64,000 bases of DNA from Macrostomum lignano (lineage: Eukaryota), in NCBI GenBank assembly GCA_002269645.1, contig NIVC01000633.1, positions 248,001 to 312,000 of the forward strand. Reading direction: 5' to 3'. Shown here one piece after another: positions 37,451 through 50,200 of the stretch (within the stretch, counting starts at the first letter, position 1; every line of letters begins with the position of its first letter). A model generated the notes under the pieces. It was not told where the DNA came from. It made no database searches and saw only the letters and a list, made by a program, of their open reading frames with translations. Made by a program: the position numbers and the translations under genes.

Positions 37451-37645
37451 GGCAGGCAGACAGGCAGACAGACAGACAGACAGACAGACAGACAGGCAGG
37501 CAGACAGACAGACAGACAGACAGACAGGCAGGCAGACAGGCAGACAGACAGACAGACAGACAGACAGGCAGGCAGACAGGCAGACAGACAGACAGACAGG
37601 CAGACAGACAGACAGACAGACAGACAGACAGGCAGGCAGACAGGC

Positions 37646-37704
<59 letters not shown>

Positions 37705-37935
37705 AAGACAGACAGACAAAAAGACAGACAGGCAGACAGACACACAGACAGACAGACAGACAGACAGACAAAAAGACAGACAGACAAAAAGACAGACAGG
37801 CAGACAGACACACAGACAGACAGACAGAAAGACAGACAGACAGACAGACAGGCAGTCGAACCAGACAGGCAGTCGAACCAGACAGGCAGCCGAACCAGAC
37901 AGGCAGCCGAACCAGACAGGCAGCCGAACCAGACA
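37400..37935. repeat. (AGAC)n microsatellite 3' of dve
   Basis: Directly visible. Confidence 0.95.
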
Positions 37936-37983
37936 GAACGGGAGTTCGGCAGGCGGCAGACCCCCAGCCAGCCAGCAGGGATT

Positions 37984-40620
37984 TCACACGGGAGACTCCA
38001 GCTGTCTGAGGCCCAGCAGCTCGGAGCCGGTGGCCGCGCGGGCGCCATCCGCGCCTTCATCCTCCGACATCGCCAGCCGCAGCTCCCCGTCCCCGGCGTC
38101 CTCGGCATCTTCGACTGTCGGTAGTTCGGCGACGGCGGTGGCGGCGGCGGTGTCGCCAGCCGTAGCCATCTGCAGCGGCGTCGCTGAGCCCCCGGCGGAG
38201 CTGGACGGAGACGCGGCGGAGGCCGGGCCGAGGCGGCCGCGCTTGACTTTGGCGCGGTGGTTTTTGAACCACAGCTGCACATTCTTGGCCTCCAGGTGCG
38301 GCTGTTTCTGCCTGAACGGCAGCTCGTTGAGGGCGCTGGCGAACTGCGCGAACTGGGCAGAGGTCGGGTGCGACTCCTGAGCGAACCAGGCCTCCAGCTT
38401 CGGGATCTCCGTGGCCGGGTCGATGAACACCCGCGTGCGCCGCCGCTTGTCGCCTGCGAGGGGGTGGCGGAAGCAGGGGTGAGGGCTCGGACACTTGATC
38501 TATCAACTGACTCGGACACTTGATCTATCAACTGACTCGAACACTTGATCTATCAACTGACTCGGACACTTGATCTATCAACTGACTCGGACACTTGATC
38601 TATCAACTGACTCGGACACTTGATCTATCAACTGACTCGGACACTTGATCTATCAACTGACTCGGACACTTGATCTATCAACTGACTCGGACACTTGATC
38701 TATCAACTGACTCGGACACTTGATCTATCAACTGACTCGGACACTTGATCTATCAACTGACTCGGACACTTGATCTATCAACTGACTCGGACACTTGATC
38801 TATCAACTGACTCGGACACTTGATCTATCAACTGACTCGGACACTTGAGTTATTAAAGGACTCGGACACTTGAGTTTTGAGCTATCAAAGCACTCGGACA
38901 CTAAAGCCACCCTAGGAATCGTGCCCGCCGGCCAGTCTCACCTGCAATCGATGCCGGCTGCAGCAAGTCGGGACTCGAGCCAGCGAAGATGCAGTTTGAG
39001 TCCTCGTTGCCGCTGACGCTGCCGCTGTTGTTGTTGACGCCGCTGGCGGCTTCCAGCTCCAGCTGAGCCGGCTGCTGAATGTCTGCTGACAGGTCCGTTG
39101 GCGGCATCGACGCGGCAGCGGCTCTCGCGGCGGCGGCGGCGGCGGCTCTCGCGGCCTTCAGACGCTGCCGGCTGGCGCTGTTGCGGTCCCGGAAGTGCTC
39201 AGTCAGGCGGCCCAGGGCCGACACGCCGGCCGTGGCTCCTCGCCGCTCCTCCATCATCTCCTCGGCGTCCTCCGCCTCCGCCGTCTCCGCTGTCTCGGCC
39301 AGTTCGGTGGCTTCGGCCTGCCGATCCTCGTCGATGACGAGGCAGCCGTTGATTGGCTGCGGCTGCGGCTGCGGCGACGAGATGAGAGCAAAAATGCCGC
39401 CGCCTGCGGCCGCCAGGTGCAGTTGATGGTGCAGCGGCGGAGGCTGCTGCTGCTGCTGACAACCCCGCGACACCTGCTCCAGGTACTGCAGGCAGACCCG
39501 GCTGTGCCAGTCGCTGAACTCCTGTCTGGCTTTGTAGCCAAACTCGAAATCGTCTGGCGAGGCCAGAAAGTCCGCGATCAGGGCCTGCGGGAGAGGCGGC
39601 TGGCTTAGGGAGACCAGCGGCTCCGAATCGGGAGGCAGCGCGCTTGCTTTCCCCACCTGTCCCATCCACACCATCCCCACCTGCCCCATCCACACCATTC
39701 CCACCTGCCCCATCCACACCATTCCCACCTGCCCCATCCCACCTGCCCCATCCCACCTGCCCCATCCCACCTGCCTCATCCCCCACCTGCCCCATCCACA
39801 CCATTTCCACCTGCCCCATCCTACCCGCCCCATCCCCTACCCGCCCCATCCCCTACCCGCCCCATCCCCATCCCCACCTTCCCCATCAATGCCTCACATC
39901 GGACAGCGGGCAGCCGGCCTGTCTGAACCAGGACACCTGGGTAGCCAGGCTGCTTGCATGCTGGGGAATCAGCGACTTAAGCAGATTTCTCATCACACTG
40001 GAGGGCAGCACGTTCGACTCCTGGCTGTAAATTTTTGCAGAAAAAATGGCCAATATTGAATGAATTTCAGCGAAATTAAAGCAAAATATCAAAAAACGCA
40101 ATTTCGCCTACTAACAGTAACTCAGTAGCAGTAGCAGATAAGAACTACTTACACGGGAGGCAGTATAATTCTGAGCACGGCAATGTTGCTAATTTGGGCC
40201 AGCAGGCTGAAGGCAGACGTGGTCTCTGGCTGGTCGCAGATTTCGTCCAGCGACAGACAGCGCCAGTGCGGCAGCAGCACCTGGGCTGGATGGGGCGGAG
40301 ATGGCGAAAGAAATTTTAAAGTACAAAAACGGCATCGTGCACAAAAATGGCTTGGAGGTGTGCACTCCTGATGATGAGAAAGTCATCAGCAGAATGAGCA
40401 TGACTCCTTGATTCTTCTTACCGCAACAATCGGCCGGATCGGCCTTGAGGTCCAGGTGGTTGAGCACAAATTTGAGCAGGTCGGCGGCGGTCACCCCACC
40501 CGGCACGATGGCGAAGCGGAAGGCGCTGTTCTTGCCGTAGCCGCCGCCGGTGCTTGTCGCGTCATCGGATTCTGACTTGGCCGGCCGGTGCTCGATCAGG
40601 CAGCGCAGTGCCATGCTCAC
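37984..40620 (-). CDS. dve: dve/DVE-1/SATB-type (Compass) homeobox gene; exons ~40620-40390, ~40290-40152, ~40025-39895, ~39645-38935, ~38455-37984
   Basis: ULD/CMP domain LRCLIE...FAIVP..V...LL..VL and W..LSL..I.D.P......L....VLRI.L; CUTL-like NLLKSL...CPL; atypical homeodomain RRRTRVFIDPATEIPKLEAWF..ESHP...LN..PFRQKQPHLEAKNVQLWFKNHRAK. Confidence 0.85.
38487..38900. repeat. 25-bp minisatellite CGGACACTTGATCTATCAACTGACT in a dve intron
   Basis: About 14 near-identical copies. Confidence 0.95.
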
Positions 40621-43199
40621 CGAGTCTGCGAGACGGCCGGTGGAGTTTTGACAGTTGTTTAAATCTATATTTCTAATGCGCGCTACTTGCTACTGATCAT
40701 TCATTTTGTTGGCAGTATGACAAAGACAACTATTGTATATTTTAATAAGTTATTAAATCTTCTCAATTAATATCCCTACCTAACCCTTGCCTACCCCTTA
40801 TTAAGGCATTACGTTACGTTAAAACTGATGCACGCCCGCCCGCCTATGACCTAAAAGTAAAACTAGAATCTACACTAAAATAAATCTATAAACAGGCAAA
40901 TGGTACATGCTTAACCTAATAGCATCGCCTCTTAACATGAGTATGCGTTGCTTTAAGCGAAGATAGCTCAAATTCATACTTGTTACGAGCTTGGCTAGCC
41001 TTCATCACTGGCGTACATACCTGGCAAAGCTGCCATTTTAGATGCAACAAATGGCTGAATTTGACCCAAAGCTCCGGGAGACGTCGCGGATGGGAACTCC
41101 TCGGCCAGCGAGCAGATATTATTTTATTATCGATCCAACGATTAATTTTTATAGAAAGCCAAATGCGCAATTCCGCAATTCCCGATCGTTTTGCTTTTTG
41201 GCCACGGCGGAAGGAGGGCTTATTACGGACTATACGGAGCCGAGAGCTGAGCTAAAGTTGAGCCGCCACTCCCAGCCCCACTGTGTATCTTATCTAGCCA
41301 GGCCGGAGAGTTTGGGTGAAATGGGGGAGACGGCTTTAATTAGCATTGAGTCCAGAAGCCTCCTTAGACCGCGTGTTAGCAAGTTTAGTGCGCCCAGATT
41401 AGGGGGTCCCACAAACCCCGGCTTTGCACGAAGAATTTGCGGTGAGGCGGGTGGCGGCTGAGCAAGCTCAGTGGCGCGAGCTCTGAAGAGAAAAGCCGGG
41501 AGGAAGAGAATTGAAAAATAGGTAAGACGCTTAGCGAACAAGGCTTTACTCTGCTGGAATTCTTGCGGGCGCGCGCGGAGGGGGTGGGCGGCTTCACGCC
41601 CGAGCGAAAGCCAGAGATTATTGATTAAGAGTCCCGGGGAGAGAGTGGGGTGGTGGGTTTTTGGCGGCCGGCCGGCGGAGGCGCAGACCCCTCACTGTGG
41701 CTTTGTACACTGGAGGCCGAGGGTTTGCTGGGCAGGGGTTAAGCCGGGCACTGGCTGATTCCACTGGGGCGTGGCGCAGCTTTAATTCAATGGGGGGGGG
41801 GGTCAAGCCAGGCCAAGCTCTCCGGCCGTCTACTCTTCCTATTAGAGTCGCACAGCCGCCGGCACACAATCGCAGGCTCACAGCGACTTAACCCGGGGCC
41901 GCTTAGTTAATAAGGCCCGCCCCAATCTCTCCTTCCACTCGCTCGGCTAGGGCCAAGCCCTAGAACAGTCGAAAACTAAGCCGAAATGGTATACAAATAA
42001 AAAGGCCAGAGGAACTAAAGCTAGAGCTATACCTACCTACCGGTTTGAAAAACCAAAAGGTATTAAACCTGACGAAGCGCTTATTTCCAACTCGCTAGAT
42101 TAATTCCAGATTGAGTTACAATCAAAGGTTTGAGAGTCTGCAGTGCTCGCACCGAGAATGCTCAGCTCAGATTAATGCCGCTCTCAAATCCAGGCACAGC
42201 AGCAGCTGAGGATCGCTTTTTAAAAACAAAAATCTGTATTGATCAAGCCGGCAATCTCTTGCCTTGAAATTTGTCTACACAGGCAGGCAACAGCTCGTTA
42301 TCCGCAAGGCTTGCGTGTGCAGCCTGCAGCAACCCTCGTAGGGGTGGGGCCGGCCTGAATCCGCCAAACAGAGGGCGAAAATGATAATCCAATGCATTTT
42401 TGGCTCACTTGTTCCCAGCGCGCTTAAAATCCCATTGATTCTCTTAGCCTGATCTGCAGCAGTGTACGGCAGCGCCTTCGACAGCTGTTAGGCTGCCAGC
42501 ACGGCATCAGCTGCGAGGACAGACGAGAAGGGCTTTCTGCCCATGCGTAATTCTGCTTTGATTGTTTCCGAGTGTGAAACAGCCCACGAATTCATCAATC
42601 CAATTGATTTGGCGTTGTTCTCAAATCATATTGGCTTTTCTTTATAGTAGTTCACAATCCACTGGTTCAGTGCAATAATCCACTGGCTGGCTCCATAATC
42701 CACAGTTTAATTAGCAAAATCTGGAGTCTAATATCATAATCCGGATACCAATTTACCATAATCCACAATCTTATTATCATAATCCGCAGGCACTTTACCA
42801 TAACTCATATATGAACTATTAATAACATTAATAGCCGTCATCACATGACCTGCATTCTTACACGCACTATCCATTACATAAGTGTCAAACTACTTCAAAA
42901 AAGCATTTAATTTACAGAAGACAAATCGACAAACAAGTAAGTGTAAGAGGGTTATAAATACTAATTAAGAACATAAAAAATTATTTTTCGTCAGCTGTAT
43001 TATTATTGCAAAAGTAAAAAGCAGCAAATTCGTGTAAACTGGTGGCTGCACTGCGCAGCAAGCAAGCAATCAAATAAATAGACACCGTAGTTAAACTGTA
43101 TTAAAAGCCATAATCGTGTCGGGCTTCAAATGCATCAGTTAAAATTATTTTAAACAAAGTTATAAAGTGGGATTGGCCTTTGAAGCATAAAAAATCAGT

Positions 43200-44112
43200 A
43201 CATAAAAAGTTAATTGCTGTCTATGGTCACGTGACAAAGTGGCCCAACTTCAATACAAAGTTAACTGCTGTCTATCGTCACGTGACAAAGTGGCCCAACT
43301 TCAATACAAAGTTAACTGCTGTCTATGGTCACGTGACAAAGTGGCCCGACTTGAATACAAAGTTAACTGCTGTCTATGGTCACGTGACAAAGTGGCCCAA
43401 CTTCAATACAAAGTTAACTGCTGTCTATGGTCACGTGACAAAGTGGCCCGACTTGAATACAAAGTTAACTGCTGTCTATCGTCACGTGACAAAGTGGCCC
43501 AACTTCAATACAAAGTTAACTGCTGTCTATGGTCACGTGACAAAGTGGCCCGACTTGAATACAAAGTTAACTGCTGTCTATGGTCACGTGACAAAGTGGC
43601 CCGACTTCAATACAAAGTTAACTGCTGTCTATGGTCACGTGACAAAGTGGCCCGACTTGAATACAAAGTTAACTGCTGTCTATGGTCACGTGACAAAGTG
43701 GCCCAACTTCAATACAAAGTTAACTGCTGTCTATGGTCACGTGACAAAGTGGCCCAACTTCAATACAAAGTTAACTGCTGTCTATGGTCACGTGACAAAG
43801 TGGCCCGACTTGAATACAAAGTTAACTGCTGTCTATGGTCACGTGACAAAGTGGCCCAACTTCAATACAAAGTTAACTGCTGTCTATGGTCACGTGACAA
43901 AGTGGCCCGACTTCAATACAAAGTTAACTGCTGTCTATGGTCACGTGACAAAGTGGCCCGACTTGAATACAAAGTTAACTGCTGTCTATGGTCACGTGAC
44001 AAAGTGGCCCGACTTAAATACAAAGTTAACTGCTGTCTTTCGTCACGTGACAAAGTGGCCCAACTTAATGCAAAGTTAACTGCCGTTTATGGTCACGTGA
44101 CAAAATGGCCCA
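43200..44112. repeat. 51-bp tandem array, each unit with the palindrome GTCACGTGAC and GTTAAC
   Basis: About 18 copies of AAAGTTAACTGCTGTCTATGGTCACGTGACAAAGTGGCCCGACTTGAATAC. Confidence 0.95.
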
Positions 44113-44213
44113 AAAGAATTCACGGTATATTAGCTCGCATCACTGGAAAGTTCTATAAGGAAAATCTCAACAACTGCCTCGACTGTCTAACTGACCAGCA
44201 CAGACTTGCGGGA

Positions 44214-47200
44214 TCAACACTCAGTCATCCCCGCAGCGGTCAGGACGTCAAATTCCCGGTCAGTCAGCCGTACCAGACACTCGGCTGGGAGCAGCTTCAG
44301 CAGGGCATCAATTGTAGGCAAGCCGCCCAGCCCGGCAGCGTGTCCGATCACGATCAGCTTGCGCTTTGCCCGCGTCACCGCCACGTTAAATCGGCGCGGA
44401 TCGCTCAGGATGGAGCTGGCGGAGGCTGCGCCGGCTTCTCGGCGAGCCATGGATAGCAGGATGAGGCTCTTGTCCCGACCCTGGAACTGGTCGATTGTGC
44501 TGGCCTCGACGCCAGTCAACTGCGAGCCGGACTCGGCGCTAAGGCGGCGTCGGAGCAGCGCGACCTGATCGCGGTAGGGCGACATTAGGCCGACGTCTGC
44601 CGGTGCCGCGGCGGCGGGGCAGAGCAGGCGGAGGAGGCTGACGGCCAGCGACGCCTCCAGCGGGTTGGCAAGGCTCGAAGACCCCGATGCTTGGCCCGCG
44701 AGGCTGCTGCGGCGGCCGCATGACTCCGCCTGGACCGAATCCTGCGAAAGGGATTGGACCATAGACAGCATGAGTGAGGATGTGAGTGACAATGGAGACT
44801 GGCTGACCTTGCTGAATTGGAGAGTGACACTGCTGAATTGGAGAGTGACACTGCTGAATTGGAGAGTGACACTGCTGAATTGGAGAGTGACACTGCTGAA
44901 TTGGAGAGTGACACTGCTGAATTGGAGAGTGACACTGCTGAATTGGAGAGTGACACTGCTGAATTGGAGACACTGCTGAATTGGAGAGTGACAATGCTGA
45001 ATTGGAGAGTGACAATGCTGAATTGGAGAGTGACACTGCTGAATTGGAGAGTGACAATGCTGCATTACATCGATCGAAGCTATAGACTTCAGCAACCACA
45101 AACGGATAAAGACGGCACTCACAATGCGCTCGGTGCTGACAAAGACCAGAGAGTGCTCAAGCCTATCGGACCAGACGGCAGCCAGACAGGCAAGAGGGTC
45201 TCGCAGCCGAGGTGGGAGAGTCACAGCCGGCAGAGTGAGTTGGGAGACGGACTCGTGAGCCGTGAGCTCCCCATTGTACAGCAGCTGGTTGGGCAGCTGC
45301 AGCAGACAGGAGTTCATTCGGTACTGCTCGGTGAGGGCGAACGTCACCCTGGCTGTGACGGCCTCCCTGTTGAGCAGGCGGCAGAGCAGGCTGCGGCCGA
45401 GGCCCAGGGAGGCGGCGCGCCGACTCAGCACCATGGGGGGCAGCTGGTGCGGGTCGCCGACCAGCAGGAAGCGGCCGCCGCTGCCCGACAGGCGGAGAAG
45501 CGGCCCGAGGCAGGCGGGGAGAGGCGCCTTGATTTCACGAGGGTCAGATGCTTTGGAGTTAGGGTAATGGGATTTTGAGTCTTCTGTCAATAGGGACTAA
45601 GGATCTGTCAATAGGGACTAAGGATCTGTCAGTAGGGACTAAGGATCTGCCAGAGAGGCATAAGGATCTGTCAGAGGGGCTTAAGGATCTGTCAGAGGGG
45701 CTTAAGGATCTGTCAGAGGGGCTTAAGGATCTGTCAGAGGGGCTTAAGGATCTGTCAGAGGGGCTTAAGGATCTGTCAGAGGGGCTTAAGGATCTGTCAG
45801 AGGGGCTTAAGGATCTGTCAGAGGGGCTTAAGGATCTGTCAGAGGGGCTTAAGGATCTGTCAGAGGGGCTTAAGGATCTGTCAGAGGGGCTTAAGGATCT
45901 GTTAGAGGGGCCTAAGGATCTGTTAGAGGGGCCTAAGGATCTGTCCGAGAGGATTTAAAATCTGTTATAGGCTTAATGATCTGTCAGTGAGGGTTAAGGA
46001 TCTGTCAGAGAGGATTAACGATAGGGAACCGGTTAGTGGGGATTCAGGCGGGATTTTGAGTTTACCACTGTAGGACACAGCCCACACAGCAAGAGCCGGA
46101 ATGTACCTGCCCGGCCTCATCAATGAGAGCGAAGTCGAACTGGCAGCGGGCCAGGCAGGGGTCCAGCGCCCCTAAGCAGGTGCAGCCGACGACTGGCCGC
46201 GACTCAACCAGGGCGCGCACGCCAGCGGAGGTGGCGCCAGAGCTTCCTTCGCGCTGCTGCTGCTGGAGCGACTGCAGCTCGGAGGCAAGGCAGCGAGACC
46301 GGATTCGAGGGTGCACTCGGGCCTCCTGGCCGATGCGGAGCAGCCCGACCTGCGGGGCCGCGGCGTCAGGAATGAATGCGGTGTCAGGTGTTTGTTGCTG
46401 GGTGTCAGTGGATGTCAGTAGCTTAAGTGGATGTCAGGAGTGTCAGTGGATGTCAGGAGTGTCAGTGGATGTCAGGAGCGGCGGTGGGTGTCAGGAAAAG
46501 CAACAGATATCAAGAAAGGCAGAAGCAAAATTCTAAACCAAAATAGGACACAAAAGCAAATTAATGAACCTGCGGATAGGTGTCGACAATCTTAACCAGA
46601 ATGTTGTCAACAGCGCTATGCGTGTAGGCCGATACGAGAACCCTGGCGCCCAGGTGAACGAGCGCCGCCACCAGAGCGGCAAGGAAAGTGGTCTTACCTG
46701 GCAGTTAAAAATGCACGATGAAAATAGTTACTACAAAATCAAAGTACGAGCGTAATAACATTTAAATGCTTTTTATAACCCACCGGTTCCAGGATAGCCT
46801 TTGAGCAGGACGAAGTCCTTAGCTGCTAGGGTCGCCAGAAGGCACTTGCGCTGCTCCCTGTTCAGCGGCGCCGCAAATTGTCGCACTGAAATCAATGCGT
46901 TTCAGTTTAGTGTAAATATAGCTGGCATGCGCAAATAGCACTACTGCCTGCGTAAGTAATATAATTCAGACCTGACACGACGGTCGCATGATCGAAGCTG
47001 GTCACCTCGGGCGGCCGCTTGTCAATGAGAAGCTCTCGCAGTCTTGTGCTGAAAGAAGCAAACAAAAAAGCTAATTTTGAGAAGCAAAGCAAAGAGGTTT
47101 GAGAAGATTGAAAAAAACCAGCCCCACCTGATAGGGGAATCTTCCATTAGCATAACCAGGTAGGATAGGCAAATTCCTATAGATTTTTGCGAGTTGCTTT

Positions 47201-50200
47201 TTCGTATCCGATAATGCAGGTCCGTCTTCTTCAGCGGTCTGCAGGTAGAAGTTGGTGGCGATTTAGCAGGGTGCTATAATTATCCCTTTCGCTTAAACAG
47301 CTCCACCCGTCCCCTAAACAACCTATCCCAGTCCCCTAATAGGCTCTATCCATTCACTAATTGTCCCTATCTATTCCCTAACCGGTTCTCTAATTGGCTC
47401 TCCCTATTCCCTAATCGGCTCTATCAGTCCCATAATCGGCTCTATATATTCCTTATCCGGTTCTCCCTATCCCCTAATCGGCTCTCTCTATCCCCTAATC
47501 GGCTCTCCCTATCCCCTAATCGGCTCTCCATATCCCCTAATCGGCTGTCCATATCCCCTAATCGGCTCTCCCTATCCCCTAATCGGCTCTCCCTATCCCC
47601 CTAATCGGCTCTCCCTATCACCCTAATCGGCTCTCTCTATCCCCCTAATTGGATTGGCTCTCTCTATCCCCTAATCGGCTCTCCCTATCCTCTAATCGGC
47701 TCTCCCTATCCCCTAATCGGCTCTATATATTCTCTAATCGGCTCTCCCTATCCCCTAATCGGCTCTCCCTATCACCCTAATCGGCTCTCTCTATCCCCCT
47801 AATTGGCTCTCTCTATCCTCTAATCGGCTCTCCCTATTCCCTAATCGGCTCTATATATTCTCTAATTCGCTCTCCCTATCCCCTAATCGGCTCTCCCTAT
47901 CCCCTAATCGGCTCTCCCTATCCCCTAATCGGCTCTCCCTATCCCCTAATCGGCTCTCCCTATCCCCTAATCGGCTCTCCCTATCCCCTAATCGGCTCTC
48001 CCCATCCCTTAACCAGCTAAGGCTATCCCAGCATGCCACTGCACACCTGTCGCACAGCAGAGCCAGTCGGTCGCAGGCAATCTCCCTGACCAAGCCGGCG
48101 CACAGCCCGACCAGGCAGCCATCCGCCGAGTCCACCACAGCGAAGTCGCCCTCGGAGGCCACGTCCGTCAGCGGTGGCTCGTCGGTGCTGACGGCGACGG
48201 GAATTCAGCAATCGAGGGGGGGGAGATAGCAGAATTGCAAGGTTGTGATGGCAAAACGATGAAAACAATAATCAAGAAAATAAAAATATATAATTGATGT
48301 TTACTCGAAAATGATTTTTAAATCCCAAAAATTGTAGTTTTAAATCCTTTTTAGGATGCATGAATGTTTAAAAAGTTATATTGCTAATATTAACAGAAAG
48401 AGTTAATCCTATACGAGTACTCGTAATTTAATCCCCAGATTTACAAATCACACAGAAGCTTCATCAATCCTTCAAAATCATGAATCCTATTCTAATATTT
48501 AGTTTCTCACCCTAATCCCTAATCCCTAAACCAAAATTCCAATCTCTTATCCCCAATCCCCAATCCCAAATCCCCAATCCCAAATCCCCAATCCCAAATC
48601 CCAAATCGCTAATCCCTTATCCCTAATACCTAATCCCCAATCCTAATCCCTTATCCCTAATACCTAAACCCTAATCCCCAATCCTTATCCCTAAACCCTA
48701 AAACCTAATCCCCATTCCCTTATCCGCGTAATCCCAAAACCCTAATCCCTTATCTCTAATCCCAAAACCCCGATCCCTTATCCCTAATCTCTAAACCCTA
48801 ATACATAATCCTACTTAAGATGTCACGAATCGCTAATCTAAACTAGGCATTTCCCAACTATGCCAAGTAATTACTCGCCCCGCGCTCACCCAGCAACCCG
48901 GAAGCGGACCAGAGTCTGCTGGCCGGAGCCGCCGTCCCGACCGCGGGCCGGCCGCTGCCCCTCGAACAGCAGAGTGGCGGATGCAGCCGCGGCAGCTGAC
49001 GGAGCCTCAGCCTCCGCTTGGCCAGCCTGACGCTCCATCAGCAGCAGGCGACTCCAGTGGCCAAAGTAGGCCGCGTGCCTCTCGCTCAGGTGGCGCATCG
49101 CCTTTTCGGCAGATGGCCGACCGCCGACACTGCAGCCCGCCTCGCCTGGCAAGGGGTGGGGGGTCGCGCTGAGCGTTAAAATCTGACAGCTTGGATTAGG
49201 GGATCAGGGATTAGGGATCAAAATGATCTGGGATCAAGTGATCAGAGATCAAGGGATCAAGGGATCAGGGATCAAGGGATCAGGGATCAAGGGATCAGGG
49301 ATTAAGGGATCAGGGATCAAGGGATCAAGGGATCAGGGGATCCAGGGATCAGGGATCAAGGGATCAGGGATCAGGGATCAAGTAATCAAAGGATCAAGTA
49401 ATCAAGGGATCAGGGATCAATGATCTGGGATCAATGATCTGGGATCAATGATCTGGGATCAATGATCTGGGATCAATGATCTGGGATCAATGATCTGGGA
49501 TCAATGATCTGGGATCAATGATCTGGGATCAATGATCTGGGATCAATGATCTGGGATCAATGATCTGGGATCAATGATCTGGGATCAATGATCTGGGATC
49601 AATGATCTGGGATCAATGATCTGGGATCAATGATCTGGGATCAATGATCTGGGATCAATGATCTGGGATCAAGTGATCATGGGTCAATAATCTGGGATGT
49701 GGGATCAGGGAACAAGGGATCAGGGATCAAGGGATCAGGGATCAGGGGATCTGGGATCAAGGGATCTGGGATCAAGGGATCTGGGATCAAGGGATCTGGG
49801 ATCAAGGGATCTGGGATCAAGGGATCTGGGATCTGGGATCAAGGGATCTGGAATCAAGGGATCTGGAATCAAGGGATCTGGGATCAAGGGATCTGGGATC
49901 TGGGATCAAGGGATCTGGGATCAAAGGATCTGGGATCAAAGGATCACCTTTTGCCAGCCGATGCAGCAGTGAGCAGCTGAGCAGCTGCGGGCAGGCAGCG
50001 CACCAGCGGTCCCTGCCGGTCAGCGGGTCGGGCAGCGGCGCCAGCCGAACTTCGCAAGCCTCGGCGCTGCCTCCGTCGCCTTCATCAACGATGACAGGGG
50101 GCCGGGCCAGCCAGCCGGCCAGCTCGTTGCGCAGCTGCAGGAGACCGCAGCGCCGGGACCTATCAGGACGGAACAGCTGCTGCTGTGGGCCGTCGCGCAG

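Noticed and set aside
40916-42560. Short ORFs and GC-rich patches upstream of dve
   Set aside because: No recognisable domain, terminal repeats or consistent splice structure; it could be promoter or decayed repeat.
48500-48815. Telomere remnant (CCCTAA-like)
   Set aside because: It is highly degenerate, intronic, and grades into the neighbouring CCCTAATC minisatellites.
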